NCBI GenBank assembly: GCA_963675595.2
Contig: CAXXLZ010000001.1
Location: forward strand, 416,001 to 480,000
Direction of reading: 5' to 3'
Origin: Thermodesulfobacteriota bacterium
GTDB lineage: Bacteria; Desulfobacterota; Desulfarculia; JACQYL01
Length of the DNA: 64,000 nt
The notes below the pieces were generated by a model that saw only the letters and a program-made list of their open reading frames with translations, was not told where the DNA came from and did no database searches. The position numbers were made by a program, and so were the translations under genes. Below are positions 49,358-59,073 of this stretch, one piece after another. Within the stretch, counting starts at the first letter, position 1. Every line of letters starts with the position of its first letter.

Positions 49358-50725
49358 ATGAGAATGCTTTGCATCTGCCCCGGGGTTTCCCGGGCGTACA
49401 TGGCCCATGTGCGTTCCATCGCCCGAAGGGGTTGGGATCATGCGGCGTTCTTAGAGAGGGACGTAAAGCGCCACGGCCGGCATGTGAAGCGTGTGTTTTA
49501 CGGTCTGGGCCTGCTCACGCTGGTTTCTTCTCTTCCCCAAGGAACCGATGTCGTCTTCGTGGACGAGAACCTGGAAAAGGGTCCTTTGGAGACGATTTAC
49601 AGGGAGGACTACGATCTCGTGGCTCTCACGGGACAAGTGATTCAGGCGGAACGAACGCTGGAGCTGGCGGCTCGGTTTGTTGAGCGAAACATCCCCGTGG
49701 TGGTGGGAGGCGTGCACGCCTCCGTCTTCCCGGAGGATTACGAGGCGTTGGGCGTATCCGTGGTGTGCGGGGAGGGGGAAGGCCTGTTCCAGGAATATCT
49801 GGCTGATCTGGAACGGGGTGAAACACGTTCCGTCTATCGAAAGGACCCCAAGGACTGCGTCGACCTGTCCACGATTCCGGATCCCGTGTTTTCCCATGTC
49901 TCCGGGAACCGCTACAGTTTGATGGGGGTGCAGACCACGCGCGGATGTCCTTACCGGTGTCGCTACTGCAATGTCTCCGCCATGCTGGGGGATCGCTATA
50001 GGCATCGACCGGTGGAGCGGGTTCGACAAGAAGTCGTTGAAGTCAAACGGCGATGGCCGGACGCCATGTTCTACTTCTTCGACGACAACCTTTTCGCAGA
50101 TACGGAATATGCGCTCGAATTGTTCGAATCTCTGGCGGACCTGGATCTGGGAATCTGGGGGACTCACGCGGACGTTTCCATTGCGGAGAACAAGGAGTTG
50201 CTTCGTCTGCTGACACGAAACGGCAGACCTTTCCTGGCTATTGGATTCGAAACGCTTTCGGAGACCAACGCCAAGGCTCTGGGGAATCCGGTCAAGGCCG
50301 GAGCGGTAAACGACTTGGGCCGTCGTGTGGACAAGCTACGAAACGCGGGAATCGACGTGGGGGGGTCCTTCATGTTCGGGTTTCCGGGAGACACGGCGCG
50401 TGAGCTGGAACGGATCGTGAGTTTTGTTCAAGAACACGGGATTCGAGGCTATATTACCCGATACTCGGCCATACCGGGTTCCGCCATGTATGAGGATCTG
50501 GTCCGGGAAATCGAGGATGTCCGGGGACCCATTCCGGTTCACGGCACCGAGCGGGCCCGGCTGGTCAATGAGTACCTCGGAGAAACCGTGTCCGATCAGC
50601 GAACGGACTCGGAAGGCATGATCGTCGATGCCTTGAAAGCGGCCTACGCCAAAGAACTCCCTCTCTCCCAGATCGACGCCCTGGCGGTGTATCGGTGCTT
50701 CTTCGAATCTCCGGGTCATGGCTAA
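49358..50725 (+). CDS. Cobalamin-binding radical SAM protein #5 (paralog of #1)
   Basis: LGLLTL, VDEN, IPVVVGGVHAS, GEGE, QTTRGCPYRCRYC, FDDN, IGFET, SFMFGF. Confidence 0.9.
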   Translation: MRMLCICPGVSRAYMAHVRSIARRGWDHAAFLERDVKRHGRHVKRVFYGLGLLTLVSSLPQGTDVVFVDENLEKGPLETIYREDYDLVALTGQVIQAERTLELAARFVERNIPVVVGGVHASVFPEDYEALGVSVVCGEGEGLFQEYLADLERGETRSVYRKDPKDCVDLSTIPDPVFSHVSGNRYSLMGVQTTRGCPYRCRYCNVSAMLGDRYRHRPVERVRQEVVEVKRRWPDAMFYFFDDNLFADTEYALELFESLADLDLGIWGTHADVSIAENKELLRLLTRNGRPFLAIGFETLSETNAKALGNPVKAGAVNDLGRRVDKLRNAGIDVGGSFMFGFPGDTARELERIVSFVQEHGIRGYITRYSAIPGSAMYEDLVREIEDVRGPIPVHGTERARLVNEYLGETVSDQRTDSEGMIVDALKAAYAKELPLSQIDALAVYRCFFESPGHG

Positions 50726-51422
50726 AAAACGAGAGTTGGACGCCGAGGTCCTTTCGGCGCTGAGACAGGAGGTCCCGGTCTTTCTGCCCCGGGGGACGGG
50801 GCTGGGGGTGATCCATTCGGCGAACCTGGGAAACTTCGTTCTCGACCCTTTGGAGGCCGACTGCCTGAGCAGGCAGGCCGGTGAGAAGCGAAGAACGGAA
50901 TTCGCCCTGGGAAGGGCTGCGGCTCACGAGGCCCTGAGCCGGATCGGACTCGACAGTGGGCCGGTTCTCAAAGGGAAACGTGGAGAGCCGCTGTGGCCGG
51001 GTAACGTGACGGGCTCCATCAGCCATAAGGGAGGGGCGGCCGTGGCCTTGGCCGGGTCTCGAAACCGGTTCCGTTGGCTGGGCATCGACCTGGAAAGCGA
51101 TTTGGATCCCATTTCTCCGGGCATCGCCCGCCGTATTTGTACTTCCGTCGAGGGATCATGGCTGTACTCCCGCCCCCAGTTGGTTTCGCGGCGTATCCGA
51201 ATGGTTTTCTCCGCCAAGGAATCCGTGTTCAAGGCGGTGAACCAGGCAGGCGGCGTGTTTCTGGGGTTTCAGGATATGGAGCTGTCATGGTCGGGAGACG
51301 AGAGCTGTTTCGAGGCCCGGCTTTCCGAGAGAAAATCGGCAAAGGGGGGGATACCTCGAACCATGGCGGGCCGTTGTTTCCGAAGGCCGGGGGTCATCAT
51401 GACTTTTTTGGCGGTGTCCTGA
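50718..51422 (+). CDS. 4'-phosphopantetheinyl transferase (EntD/Sfp type)
   Basis: KRRTEF..GR, GEPLWP..VTGSISH, LGIDLE, FSAKESVFKA. Confidence 0.92.
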   Translation: MAKKRELDAEVLSALRQEVPVFLPRGTGLGVIHSANLGNFVLDPLEADCLSRQAGEKRRTEFALGRAAAHEALSRIGLDSGPVLKGKRGEPLWPGNVTGSISHKGGAAVALAGSRNRFRWLGIDLESDLDPISPGIARRICTSVEGSWLYSRPQLVSRRIRMVFSAKESVFKAVNQAGGVFLGFQDMELSWSGDESCFEARLSERKSAKGGIPRTMAGRCFRRPGVIMTFLAVS

Positions 51423-51426
51423 ACTC

Positions 51427-52416
51427 GTGGAGATTCGACCCTTTCAAGGCCAATACGAAGAGTTGGCCGATCTCATCGCCCGTGCCTGGCCCTTGGAACA
51501 CAAAGGACACGCGGGGTTTTCCGCCGAATATCTGCGCTTTCTCCTAAGTGCTCCGGACGTGGATCGGGAGCTGACGCTTGCAGCATTCGTCGGAGGACGG
51601 CCGACGGCTTTCCTTTTGTCCAAATCAAAACGGCTGGTGATCGGTGGAGAGCGCCGCCGGGGGCTTTTCCAGACGCTGGCCACTGCGGACCCTCGGCACA
51701 GCCATGAGTTTCCTTATCTGAAAATCAAAGATCGATGCGTCCGCATGGCCCAAGAACGAGGGTATGAACTCAGCTATGGATTCATTGCTCAAGGTATCCG
51801 GAACAATGAAATCGAAAAGAGTTACGCCGCGAGGCGCGGATTCTCCTGTATCCTCGCGGCCGCCTTCGGCTGGTTCGCGGGGCTGCCGGACGATGCAACC
51901 GGAACGGGAAAGGACGCGGTTCTCGAAATCAGGGAGCCCGTTCCTCAAGAGCTGACGGACTGCCGTTCCTTGATGGAGGAAGGGATTCGAACCCGGGCCG
52001 TGTTCGAGGAGTGGACTCCCACCGCCTTTGCCTATCGGGCCGTGGGCAACCCCTTCAATCAGCCCCTGCTCGTTCTGAAGGACGGAATCGCCGTGGGGTG
52101 GCTGCTTTACACGAGACTGACCATGCAGTACCCCAGGGTGCGACGAAAGGTGGCCGTGGTCTACGATCTCTTTCTGCAACGGTTGACCGGAACGGAAAGA
52201 ACGTGGGTATTCCGCCGACTCAAGAATCGTTGCGCGGAGGAGGGTATCGAGGGTATCAGCATACCGAATACGGGGTCGCTGCCCAAAGAGGATTTGCGAA
52301 ACGCAGGCTTCCTGGAATCCTCGCTCGGGAGTCATCGAACGAACCTGTACTTCACTTTTTTCGGCGATGACCGTCCCGTGGAATCAGGCTTGTCTTTCTA
52401 CCTGGAAATCATCTGA
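51427..52416 (+). CDS. Putative tandem GNAT-fold acyltransferase
   Basis: Two GNAT-like halves each starting with EIR (MEIRPF, LEIREP), with beta-strand segments PTAFLL and AVGWLLY; weak motif evidence. Confidence 0.55.
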   Translation: MEIRPFQGQYEELADLIARAWPLEHKGHAGFSAEYLRFLLSAPDVDRELTLAAFVGGRPTAFLLSKSKRLVIGGERRRGLFQTLATADPRHSHEFPYLKIKDRCVRMAQERGYELSYGFIAQGIRNNEIEKSYAARRGFSCILAAAFGWFAGLPDDATGTGKDAVLEIREPVPQELTDCRSLMEEGIRTRAVFEEWTPTAFAYRAVGNPFNQPLLVLKDGIAVGWLLYTRLTMQYPRVRRKVAVVYDLFLQRLTGTERTWVFRRLKNRCAEEGIEGISIPNTGSLPKEDLRNAGFLESSLGSHRTNLYFTFFGDDRPVESGLSFYLEII

Positions 52417-52429
52417 ACCGGGGGAATCC

Positions 52430-53383
52430 ATGACGGTTTCCGGACATGACGAGAACCTGGAAGATCGGTTCTACGAAATTATGGCGGAAGGGTATCGAGA
52501 GGACTCCGTTTACGACTACCTGGTTCTTTTTTCGGGAGGCAAGGACAGCACATATCTGGCGCACCTGTTGAAGAAGGCTCGAGGGAAACGAGTCTGCCTT
52601 TTCACGGTGGAAAACGGTTTCGAGGAATCCGGCTTTTTGCCTCATGTCTTTGAGACCGCGGAGCTGCTTGGTCATGATGTGTACGTGTATCGACCTCCCA
52701 AGGAACGATTCGTTCATCTGTACCGATACCTGATCACGGAACCCGTGCTCCGGTCCATGGACGGGAACCCTTTATGTTTCTTTTGCGGCAGGCATTTTAT
52801 GTCGCTGGGCGTGCGTTTCGCCGAACAATGGAAGATTCCTTTCGTGCTGTATGGTGCGACACCGGACCAAGTGAGTTCGGGGACTCGCCCCAAGACGGCG
52901 AGGGACCTGCGGATCCTGGAAATGGTTTCCGCCAGGGTGTTTGACAAGAATTATGAAAAGATTCGTTCCACCCGGGGGTATTGTGAAGACGCATGGGTGC
53001 GGGAATCCATGGATGCGGTTTTCCATCGTTCTTCCACCGTTCGGCTTCTGTTTCCTTTTCTCTTCGTCGGCTACGACGTGGAAGGAATCAAAGCGGCGCT
53101 GAAACAGGCGTATGGGTGGAAGAATCCATCCGGTTTGTCGGACGACCGATATTTGACGTCGGGGTGCCGGATGGTTGAGTTGTTCGGTGTTCTCGCGCGG
53201 AAAGCGGGGTTCGCTCCTCACGAAAAGGATCAGTTCGAGCGGAATTATCGGGAAGGAACGCTGGGGGAGTCGGCCTACCGTTGGAACCGTGACCTGTTCG
53301 ACGAGATATTGAAGGGAGAAGTGACTCCTCGTGTGAGGGAGCTGGCGGAGGAATTGGGAGTGGAGGACATGCTCCCGGATTGA
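52430..53383 (+). CDS. PP-loop (AANH-superfamily) ATP pyrophosphatase with CxxC plus distal Cys
   Basis: LVLFSGGKDSTY (52532-52549), FTVENGF, PLCFFCG, TSGC. Confidence 0.8.
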   Translation: MTVSGHDENLEDRFYEIMAEGYREDSVYDYLVLFSGGKDSTYLAHLLKKARGKRVCLFTVENGFEESGFLPHVFETAELLGHDVYVYRPPKERFVHLYRYLITEPVLRSMDGNPLCFFCGRHFMSLGVRFAEQWKIPFVLYGATPDQVSSGTRPKTARDLRILEMVSARVFDKNYEKIRSTRGYCEDAWVRESMDAVFHRSSTVRLLFPFLFVGYDVEGIKAALKQAYGWKNPSGLSDDRYLTSGCRMVELFGVLARKAGFAPHEKDQFERNYREGTLGESAYRWNRDLFDEILKGEVTPRVRELAEELGVEDMLPD

Positions 53384-53394
53384 CGGCGAGGTCC

Positions 53395-54447
53395 ATGGGA
53401 GGAGTGACGGAATTGGCGCAAAGCGACGTGCCTCCATTAGATAAGAAAGTTGTTTCCGCCCAATTGCAGGTGGTGGGAGATGTGGTCGGGGCCTGGAAGG
53501 CCCAGGTGTTGATGACCCTTTTCCGGCTGGGGGTATTCGAAGAACTGCGGGAAGGCCCCCGGAACGGCCCGTTCCTGTCGTCCCGCCTGGGCTTGCCCCT
53601 GGAATCCCTGACACGTCTATTGGAATGCGGCTCGGATTTGGGGTACTTGAAAAAGCTGGAAGATCGATACGAGAATGTGGAGGCGACGTCCTCCGTCCTG
53701 CTGGAAGGCAGTGCCGGATACCTGGGAAACTGGCTGAACCTGGCGTCGAGATGGTACCACTCCTTCGGCCGTCTGGAGGAGGCCGTTCGGCAGGGAAAAG
53801 CCGTGGAGAACGCCAACGAGCCTGAGGACTCTTCATATCGGGATGATTTTGTTCGCGGCATGATCGATTTCGCCCGATACCGGGGAAGAGAAGTCGTGGA
53901 CTATCTGGACTTGGATGGAAAGCATCATCTTCTCGACGTGGGATGCGGTCCGGGTGTTTATTCGGCGCTCTTCGCGGAACATCACCCTGAGCTTCGCTGC
54001 ACCGCCGTCGACTTGCCCGATGCCCTGGTTTCAGCGGAAGAGTACGTGAGAAGCCGCGGCCTCGAAGATCGTGTACGCCTGGAAGCGTGCGATTACCTGA
54101 CTTCCGAATTCCCCGGGAAGGAATACGACGTGGTGTTCCTCTCCCACGTTCTGCACCAGCAGAACCGGGAGGAGTGCCTGGATTTGCTTCGCAAGAGCCG
54201 GGACGTTTTGAAGAGCGGCGGACTGGTGGTGGTTCAGGCCATGTTCGGTGAAGAAGGCGGATGGGGTTCCAAGTACGCTTCTCTTCATGACCTGTTGAGC
54301 CTTCTGGTGTTCCCGGGCGGGAAAAACCATTCGGTCGCGGACACCATGCACTGGATGGAGCTAACGGGTTTTCGGAATACGGCGCACCGGAAGATGTCCG
54401 TGTTCAACTCCAATTCGCTGGTGATCGGCGAAAAGCCTCGGAATTGA
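53395..54447 (+). CDS. SAM-dependent O-methyltransferase (Methyltransf_2 with dimerisation domain)
   Basis: LGVFEEL N-terminal domain, LLDVGCGPG, VDLP, LSHVLH, LKSGG. Confidence 0.88.
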   Translation: MGGVTELAQSDVPPLDKKVVSAQLQVVGDVVGAWKAQVLMTLFRLGVFEELREGPRNGPFLSSRLGLPLESLTRLLECGSDLGYLKKLEDRYENVEATSSVLLEGSAGYLGNWLNLASRWYHSFGRLEEAVRQGKAVENANEPEDSSYRDDFVRGMIDFARYRGREVVDYLDLDGKHHLLDVGCGPGVYSALFAEHHPELRCTAVDLPDALVSAEEYVRSRGLEDRVRLEACDYLTSEFPGKEYDVVFLSHVLHQQNREECLDLLRKSRDVLKSGGLVVVQAMFGEEGGWGSKYASLHDLLSLLVFPGGKNHSVADTMHWMELTGFRNTAHRKMSVFNSNSLVIGEKPRN

Positions 54448-54451
54448 TCGC

Positions 54452-55594
54452 ATGGACCTCGAACCGAAACAATCCGAGCAGGACCGAATCCGGGAAATCC
54501 GGCGGATCTGCGGGGAATATCTGGAACCCCTTGCATCGGCCATGGACCGCTCGGCTGATTTCCCTTTGGAAACCCTGAAGCTTCTGGGTGAATTCGGCTT
54601 CTTGGGTCTTCAGGTTCCGGAGGAATACAAAGGCTGCTTCTCAGGGGATGCGTATTATTACTCGGTCATCGAAGCCATGGCCGAAACGAGTCCGGCGCAT
54701 GCGCTCACCGTGATTTCTCATTCCTTGTGCTGTCGCTTGATCAGGGACTTCGGCACGGATTCCCAGAAAGCGGCCTATCTGTCCGGCCTGGCCACGGGCC
54801 GGATCATGGGCGCCGTATGCATGACCGAAGCGGGAGCGGGATCGGATTTGAACTCCATACGAACTCGGGCGGTAAAGCGAAAGAACCGCTACGTGATTGA
54901 TGGGCGAAAGCTCTTTATCACCAACGGCGGTTTCGCGGACGTCTTCGTGGTCCTGGCGTCTACGTCGGATCAAGACGGGCCCTTTACCAAGAGTCTGTTT
55001 ATTGTTCCTAAAACGTCCAAGGGTATCCGTTCGGGGAAAAAAGAGATGAAGCTGGGCTTCCGGGGAGCGGATACTCGAGAAGTGATTCTGGACGGAGTGG
55101 ACGTGCGGTCGGACCTTCTGCTGGGCCGGGAAGGAAACGGATTGATCCAGATGGCGCGTGCCATGGAAGGATCGCGATTGGCCGTGGCGGCCATGGCCTT
55201 GGGACTTGCGGAACGGTCTCGGCGGCTGGCGCTGAAAAGCGTTCGATTCCAGGAAAAAGACGGGACTTCCGAGGCGGTGCTGGAGGGTCATCGAATGCTG
55301 TTGGCGGAGACGGCCACGGAGATCATGTGCGTGCGTTTGCTGATCAAAAGGGCCGCGGAAGTCCAGGCGGAAGGAAAACCCGTCACGGACCTGGCGGCCA
55401 TGGCCAAATGGTTTTCCGCCGAAACGGCGATGCGGGCCGCATCGAATACGCTCCAAATCTTGGCGATGACGGAGGACCGCCACCACCGGGAAGCGGAGCG
55501 GCTCTTTCGGGACGCCAAGTTGTGCGGCATCATCGAAGGCACCACGGAAATCCAGAAAAAGATCGTGGCCCGCTTCGCATTTACGGGTGATTGA
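54452..55594 (+). CDS. Acyl-CoA/acyl-ACP dehydrogenase family protein
   Basis: CMTEAGAGSD, GRKLFITNG, KLGFRG, RDAK..IIEGTTEIQK. Confidence 0.9.
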   Translation: MDLEPKQSEQDRIREIRRICGEYLEPLASAMDRSADFPLETLKLLGEFGFLGLQVPEEYKGCFSGDAYYYSVIEAMAETSPAHALTVISHSLCCRLIRDFGTDSQKAAYLSGLATGRIMGAVCMTEAGAGSDLNSIRTRAVKRKNRYVIDGRKLFITNGGFADVFVVLASTSDQDGPFTKSLFIVPKTSKGIRSGKKEMKLGFRGADTREVILDGVDVRSDLLLGREGNGLIQMARAMEGSRLAVAAMALGLAERSRRLALKSVRFQEKDGTSEAVLEGHRMLLAETATEIMCVRLLIKRAAEVQAEGKPVTDLAAMAKWFSAETAMRAASNTLQILAMTEDRHHREAERLFRDAKLCGIIEGTTEIQKKIVARFAFTGD

Positions 55595-55731
55595 TCGCGG
55601 CGCACATTGCAGTAACGAGGGACACGGCGCGAAGCATCGCATCGTGTTAACCGACGGCCCACCAATAGGTGGCCGGCCCTTGACGAACACCGGAGGCGCG
55701 TACGGCTGCGAATAAGGACGGGAACGACTCG

Positions 55732-57300
55732 TTGCATTCAACGGTCTCCTTCTTGGAGGACGCCGCCGAGGAATATTCGGGAAAGACCGCATTGATGGGA
55801 GCCGGTCGAAAGACCACCTATGCGGAGTTGCGGGCCGGCGCCCGCCGGTTTTCGGAGGCTCTTCAAAGCGGGGGGGTGAAGCCCGGGGCCAGAGTCGTGC
55901 TGAGCTTCACCCGTGAAACGGAATTCGTCCAAGCCTATTGGGGAGCCCTTCTGGCTTCGGCGATTCCCGTGTTGGTGAGCGCGGCGATGCCTCCCTCCAA
56001 GCTGGAATACGTGATCAACGACTCGGGCGCGGCAGCCTTCGTTGGTGCCGAGGCCGCGTTCAAGGCACTGCCCGAGCCTCCCTCGTCGCTGAAGACCGCT
56101 TTGCTGATTTGTGGAGGCGCGGGTGGGCCGGAGAGAGGCTTCCAAATCGAGATTCCGAACAGCGGCGTGAATGTGCATCGGCCGGACGGGGGGGCCCCGG
56201 AATCTCCCGGTGAACGGGAAGGGATTCCGGGATTCACCTGTATTTACACTTCGGGAACCACGGGCCGACCCAAGGGGGTCATGCTTTCGGCAACCAACAT
56301 CCGGTACGGAACCCGCATGATCCGGGAGTTCTTGGCCCTCGGTCCGGAAGACCGGAGCCTTCCGGCCATGCCGTTCACCCATTGTGCCGGACTGCTCCAC
56401 CTCCTCGCCCTTCTCGAGACGGGGGGGGCGGTGGTCACGGGATTTGCACCGGCATTGCCCGGTTCTTTCCTCAACGCCGTGAGGGATTTGAAGGTGACCG
56501 TCCTGCCGGTGGTTCCGGCGATGATGACCTTGCTTCTCAGCCGTTACGGAAGAGACCTGCCGGAGCGGTGTCGATCCCTCAGGGTGATGGAGTTCTCCAG
56601 CGCTCCGTTGGCGCCGTCCCTGGTGCGGGAGGTTCGCGGACTGCTTCCGCAGGTTGATCTGTTCAATACTTACGGCCTCACCGAGGCACCCAGAATCACC
56701 TACGCCCGCCTCGAAAGCGAAGAGGGCGACGAGGACCATGTGGGACGGGTGAATCCGGAGCTGACCGTGTTCATCGACCGATCCGCAAACCCTTCCGACA
56801 AGGTGGGGGAGGTTTGCGCGCAAGGGCCCAATGTGGCCGAGGGCGGCTATTGGAACGGTTCCGCGGGCGGTGACGCGCGGTTTTCTTCCAACGGGTTCCG
56901 CACCGGTGACTTAGGTTGGCTGGATGAGGAGAACCGGTTGCATCTCGCCGGGAGATCCGACGATCTGTTCAAGGTGGGAGGAGAAAACGTCTATCCGGAG
57001 GAGATCGAACGGGTCATTTCGTCAATGAAGGGGATATCGGACGCACGGATCGATGCGGTCGAAGACCCCTTGCTCGGCACGCGCATCGTTGCACGCGTGG
57101 TCGGATGTTCCCCCGAAGTGACCGCGAAAGCCGTTTCCGCGTATTGCCTGCGTCATCTCGAACGCTTCAAGGTCCCTTCCCGGATCGATTTTGTCGAAGA
57201 AATTCCACGGACGGAGTCGGGCAAGCACTCCCGGTCCCGGTCTCGTGTTGACTCGGACCCCTGCAGGTTCGGCGGATCCAACGGGAACGGGTCGGCCTAG
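55732..57300 (+). CDS. Class I adenylate-forming enzyme (acyl/aminoacyl-AMP ligase) #1
   Basis: IYTSGTTGRPKG, TYGLTE, FRTGDLG, GENVYPEEIE, PRTESGK. Confidence 0.92.
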   Translation: MHSTVSFLEDAAEEYSGKTALMGAGRKTTYAELRAGARRFSEALQSGGVKPGARVVLSFTRETEFVQAYWGALLASAIPVLVSAAMPPSKLEYVINDSGAAAFVGAEAAFKALPEPPSSLKTALLICGGAGGPERGFQIEIPNSGVNVHRPDGGAPESPGEREGIPGFTCIYTSGTTGRPKGVMLSATNIRYGTRMIREFLALGPEDRSLPAMPFTHCAGLLHLLALLETGGAVVTGFAPALPGSFLNAVRDLKVTVLPVVPAMMTLLLSRYGRDLPERCRSLRVMEFSSAPLAPSLVREVRGLLPQVDLFNTYGLTEAPRITYARLESEEGDEDHVGRVNPELTVFIDRSANPSDKVGEVCAQGPNVAEGGYWNGSAGGDARFSSNGFRTGDLGWLDEENRLHLAGRSDDLFKVGGENVYPEEIERVISSMKGISDARIDAVEDPLLGTRIVARVVGCSPEVTAKAVSAYCLRHLERFKVPSRIDFVEEIPRTESGKHSRSRSRVDSDPCRFGGSNGNGSA

Positions 57301-57302
57301 GC

Positions 57303-58247
57303 ATGGTCGTCGATTTCCACGTTCATTTATTCGACCACGACTGGCTCCCTCGTCGTTGGTGGAAGGCCATGGAGGACTTTCACGAGCGGAGAGGCCCGAT
57401 CAAAGGCCTGGGCAAACCTTTCGATATGGGAGAATACTGCGATCCCTCGGGCGAACGTTTAGTCCGGGAGATGGATGAGGCAGGCATCGACCACAGCGTG
57501 GTGTTTCCTTTGGACGTGGGTCTACTGCTGGGAGAGCCCCCGGTTTCCATACGGAAGCAGAACGAACTCCTCGCGGATGTGGCCCGCAGGTATCCTTCAA
57601 GGATTACGGCCTTTTTCGGAGTGGATCCACGAAGACCAGGGGCCGTTGAATGGATCGAAGCCGGCATCCGAGAGTGGGGCATGGGAGGCGTGAAATTTCA
57701 TCCGGGCTCGGGGTTTCACCTAAGTCGGGAGGAGTTCTTTCCCGTGCTGGAACGAATCGCCGATCTCGGGGTCCCTTTGGTAACGCATACCGGACCCGCT
57801 TTCGGACCTCTGGACGGCAGCGGCTGCGATCCCATGGAACTCGACAAGGCTTTGGGACGCATTCCCGGGCTCAAGATCGTGGCCGCCCATCTGGGCGGTG
57901 GACGGGTGGACGAGCTGTGCTGGTTGGGCGCCATGAAGGAAAGTCTTTATGCGGACATCTCCCTCCGGCAGCTCGAATGTCGCCGGAACCCCGAGGCGTT
58001 CGCTGAGACATTGAGAAAGGCCCTGGATTTCATGGGGCCCGACCGGATTCTATTCGGTACGGACTGGCCGTTTTCCCGAAAGGCGATGGCGGCGGGAGCG
58101 TATGTTCGAGCTCTTCGGGAGTTTTCCCGCGGCTCGTCGGCCGTTCTGCTCTCCGGTGAAATCAAACGATTGCTGGGGGGTAACGCCCTCCGGCTTCTGG
58201 GAAAAAAAGGAGAGGCTCTTCAGCGTGGATATCGAGTCGACACGTGA
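57303..58247 (+). CDS. Amidohydrolase_2 family metal-dependent hydrolase
   Basis: DFHVH, KFHP, HTG, AAHLG, FGTDWP, GGNA. Confidence 0.88.
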   Translation: MVVDFHVHLFDHDWLPRRWWKAMEDFHERRGPIKGLGKPFDMGEYCDPSGERLVREMDEAGIDHSVVFPLDVGLLLGEPPVSIRKQNELLADVARRYPSRITAFFGVDPRRPGAVEWIEAGIREWGMGGVKFHPGSGFHLSREEFFPVLERIADLGVPLVTHTGPAFGPLDGSGCDPMELDKALGRIPGLKIVAAHLGGGRVDELCWLGAMKESLYADISLRQLECRRNPEAFAETLRKALDFMGPDRILFGTDWPFSRKAMAAGAYVRALREFSRGSSAVLLSGEIKRLLGGNALRLLGKKGEALQRGYRVDT

Positions 58248-58482
58248 ATCGGTTTATAGGTTTATACGGGATGAAATGAACCATGGAGAGGAGTTTCCTC
58301 TGGAGACCGACCTGATTCAACAGGGGCTGATCGACTCCATGGGCGTGATGAAACTTATCGGCTTCCTTGAAACGACCTTCGGCATCCAGATCGAATTGGA
58401 CCGGGTAAGCGCGGAGCATTTTCAGTCCGTGGGGGCCGTGGCGGATCTGGTGGCCTCATGCGAGAAGGGCGAGACTGCGTGA
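58225..58482 (+). CDS. Stand-alone carrier protein (DltC/aminoacyl-ACP-like)
   Basis: LIQQGLIDSMGVMKLIGFLETTFGI; GTG start at 58225 after AAGGAGAGG. Confidence 0.85.
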   Translation: MDIESTRESVYRFIRDEMNHGEEFPLETDLIQQGLIDSMGVMKLIGFLETTFGIQIELDRVSAEHFQSVGAVADLVASCEKGETA

Positions 58483-58751
58483 TGATGGAAAGAGAAGGGG
58501 TCCTTGCCCTGATCGAAGAGTTTATCAGGGATACGTGCAACATCCCGGCAGACACTCCCGGATTCACCAGATCGTGCGATCTTTTTGAGGAAGGGTTCGT
58601 GGATTCCATGGCCCTGGTGAGGCTCGTCGCTTTCCTGGAATCCGAATTCGATGTTGAAATCGAAGAAGAGAATTTATTCGACGAGCGCTTCCTGACCATC
58701 GAAGGACAGGGAGACTTGGTCCTGGAACTGAAGAATTCAGTGGGGCGGTAA
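58482..58751 (+). CDS. Stand-alone carrier protein (DltC/aminoacyl-ACP-like), second copy
   Basis: LFEEGFVDSMALVRLVAFLESEFDV; start overlaps upstream stop. Confidence 0.87.
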   Translation: MMEREGVLALIEEFIRDTCNIPADTPGFTRSCDLFEEGFVDSMALVRLVAFLESEFDVEIEEENLFDERFLTIEGQGDLVLELKNSVGR

Positions 58752-59073
58752 GGCGAGGACGGAAGAACGTCCGAGCCTGTCATGAGTTCGCTGCACCCCC
58801 GATAGGATGCGCGTTTGGGTCGTCCTTGGACGCTTCCATGAGCCTCGTCCTCGATTTGGAGCCTCGGTCCCGTGAGGGCGGGCCATAGTCCCCGTCCTGC
58901 GCGCAAGAACACACAGATACCGAGAGTCCCCTTAGGATACGGCGGAGTTGGGAGAACAGTCACGATTCCGGCGTCCGATTCTTTCCTGATGGATGTTTCA
59001 AATGTATTATTCCCCGACCACTCCGTGGACGCGCACCTGAAAGGGTTCATGGCAAGCTGTGGTGAGGTCATCC

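Noticed and set aside
35866-50725. RiPP interpretation of the multiple radical SAM genes
   Set aside because: No credible precursor peptide, RRE/PqqD domain, SPASM motif or peptidase-transporter seen; ACPs and a PPTase point to thiotemplated chemistry
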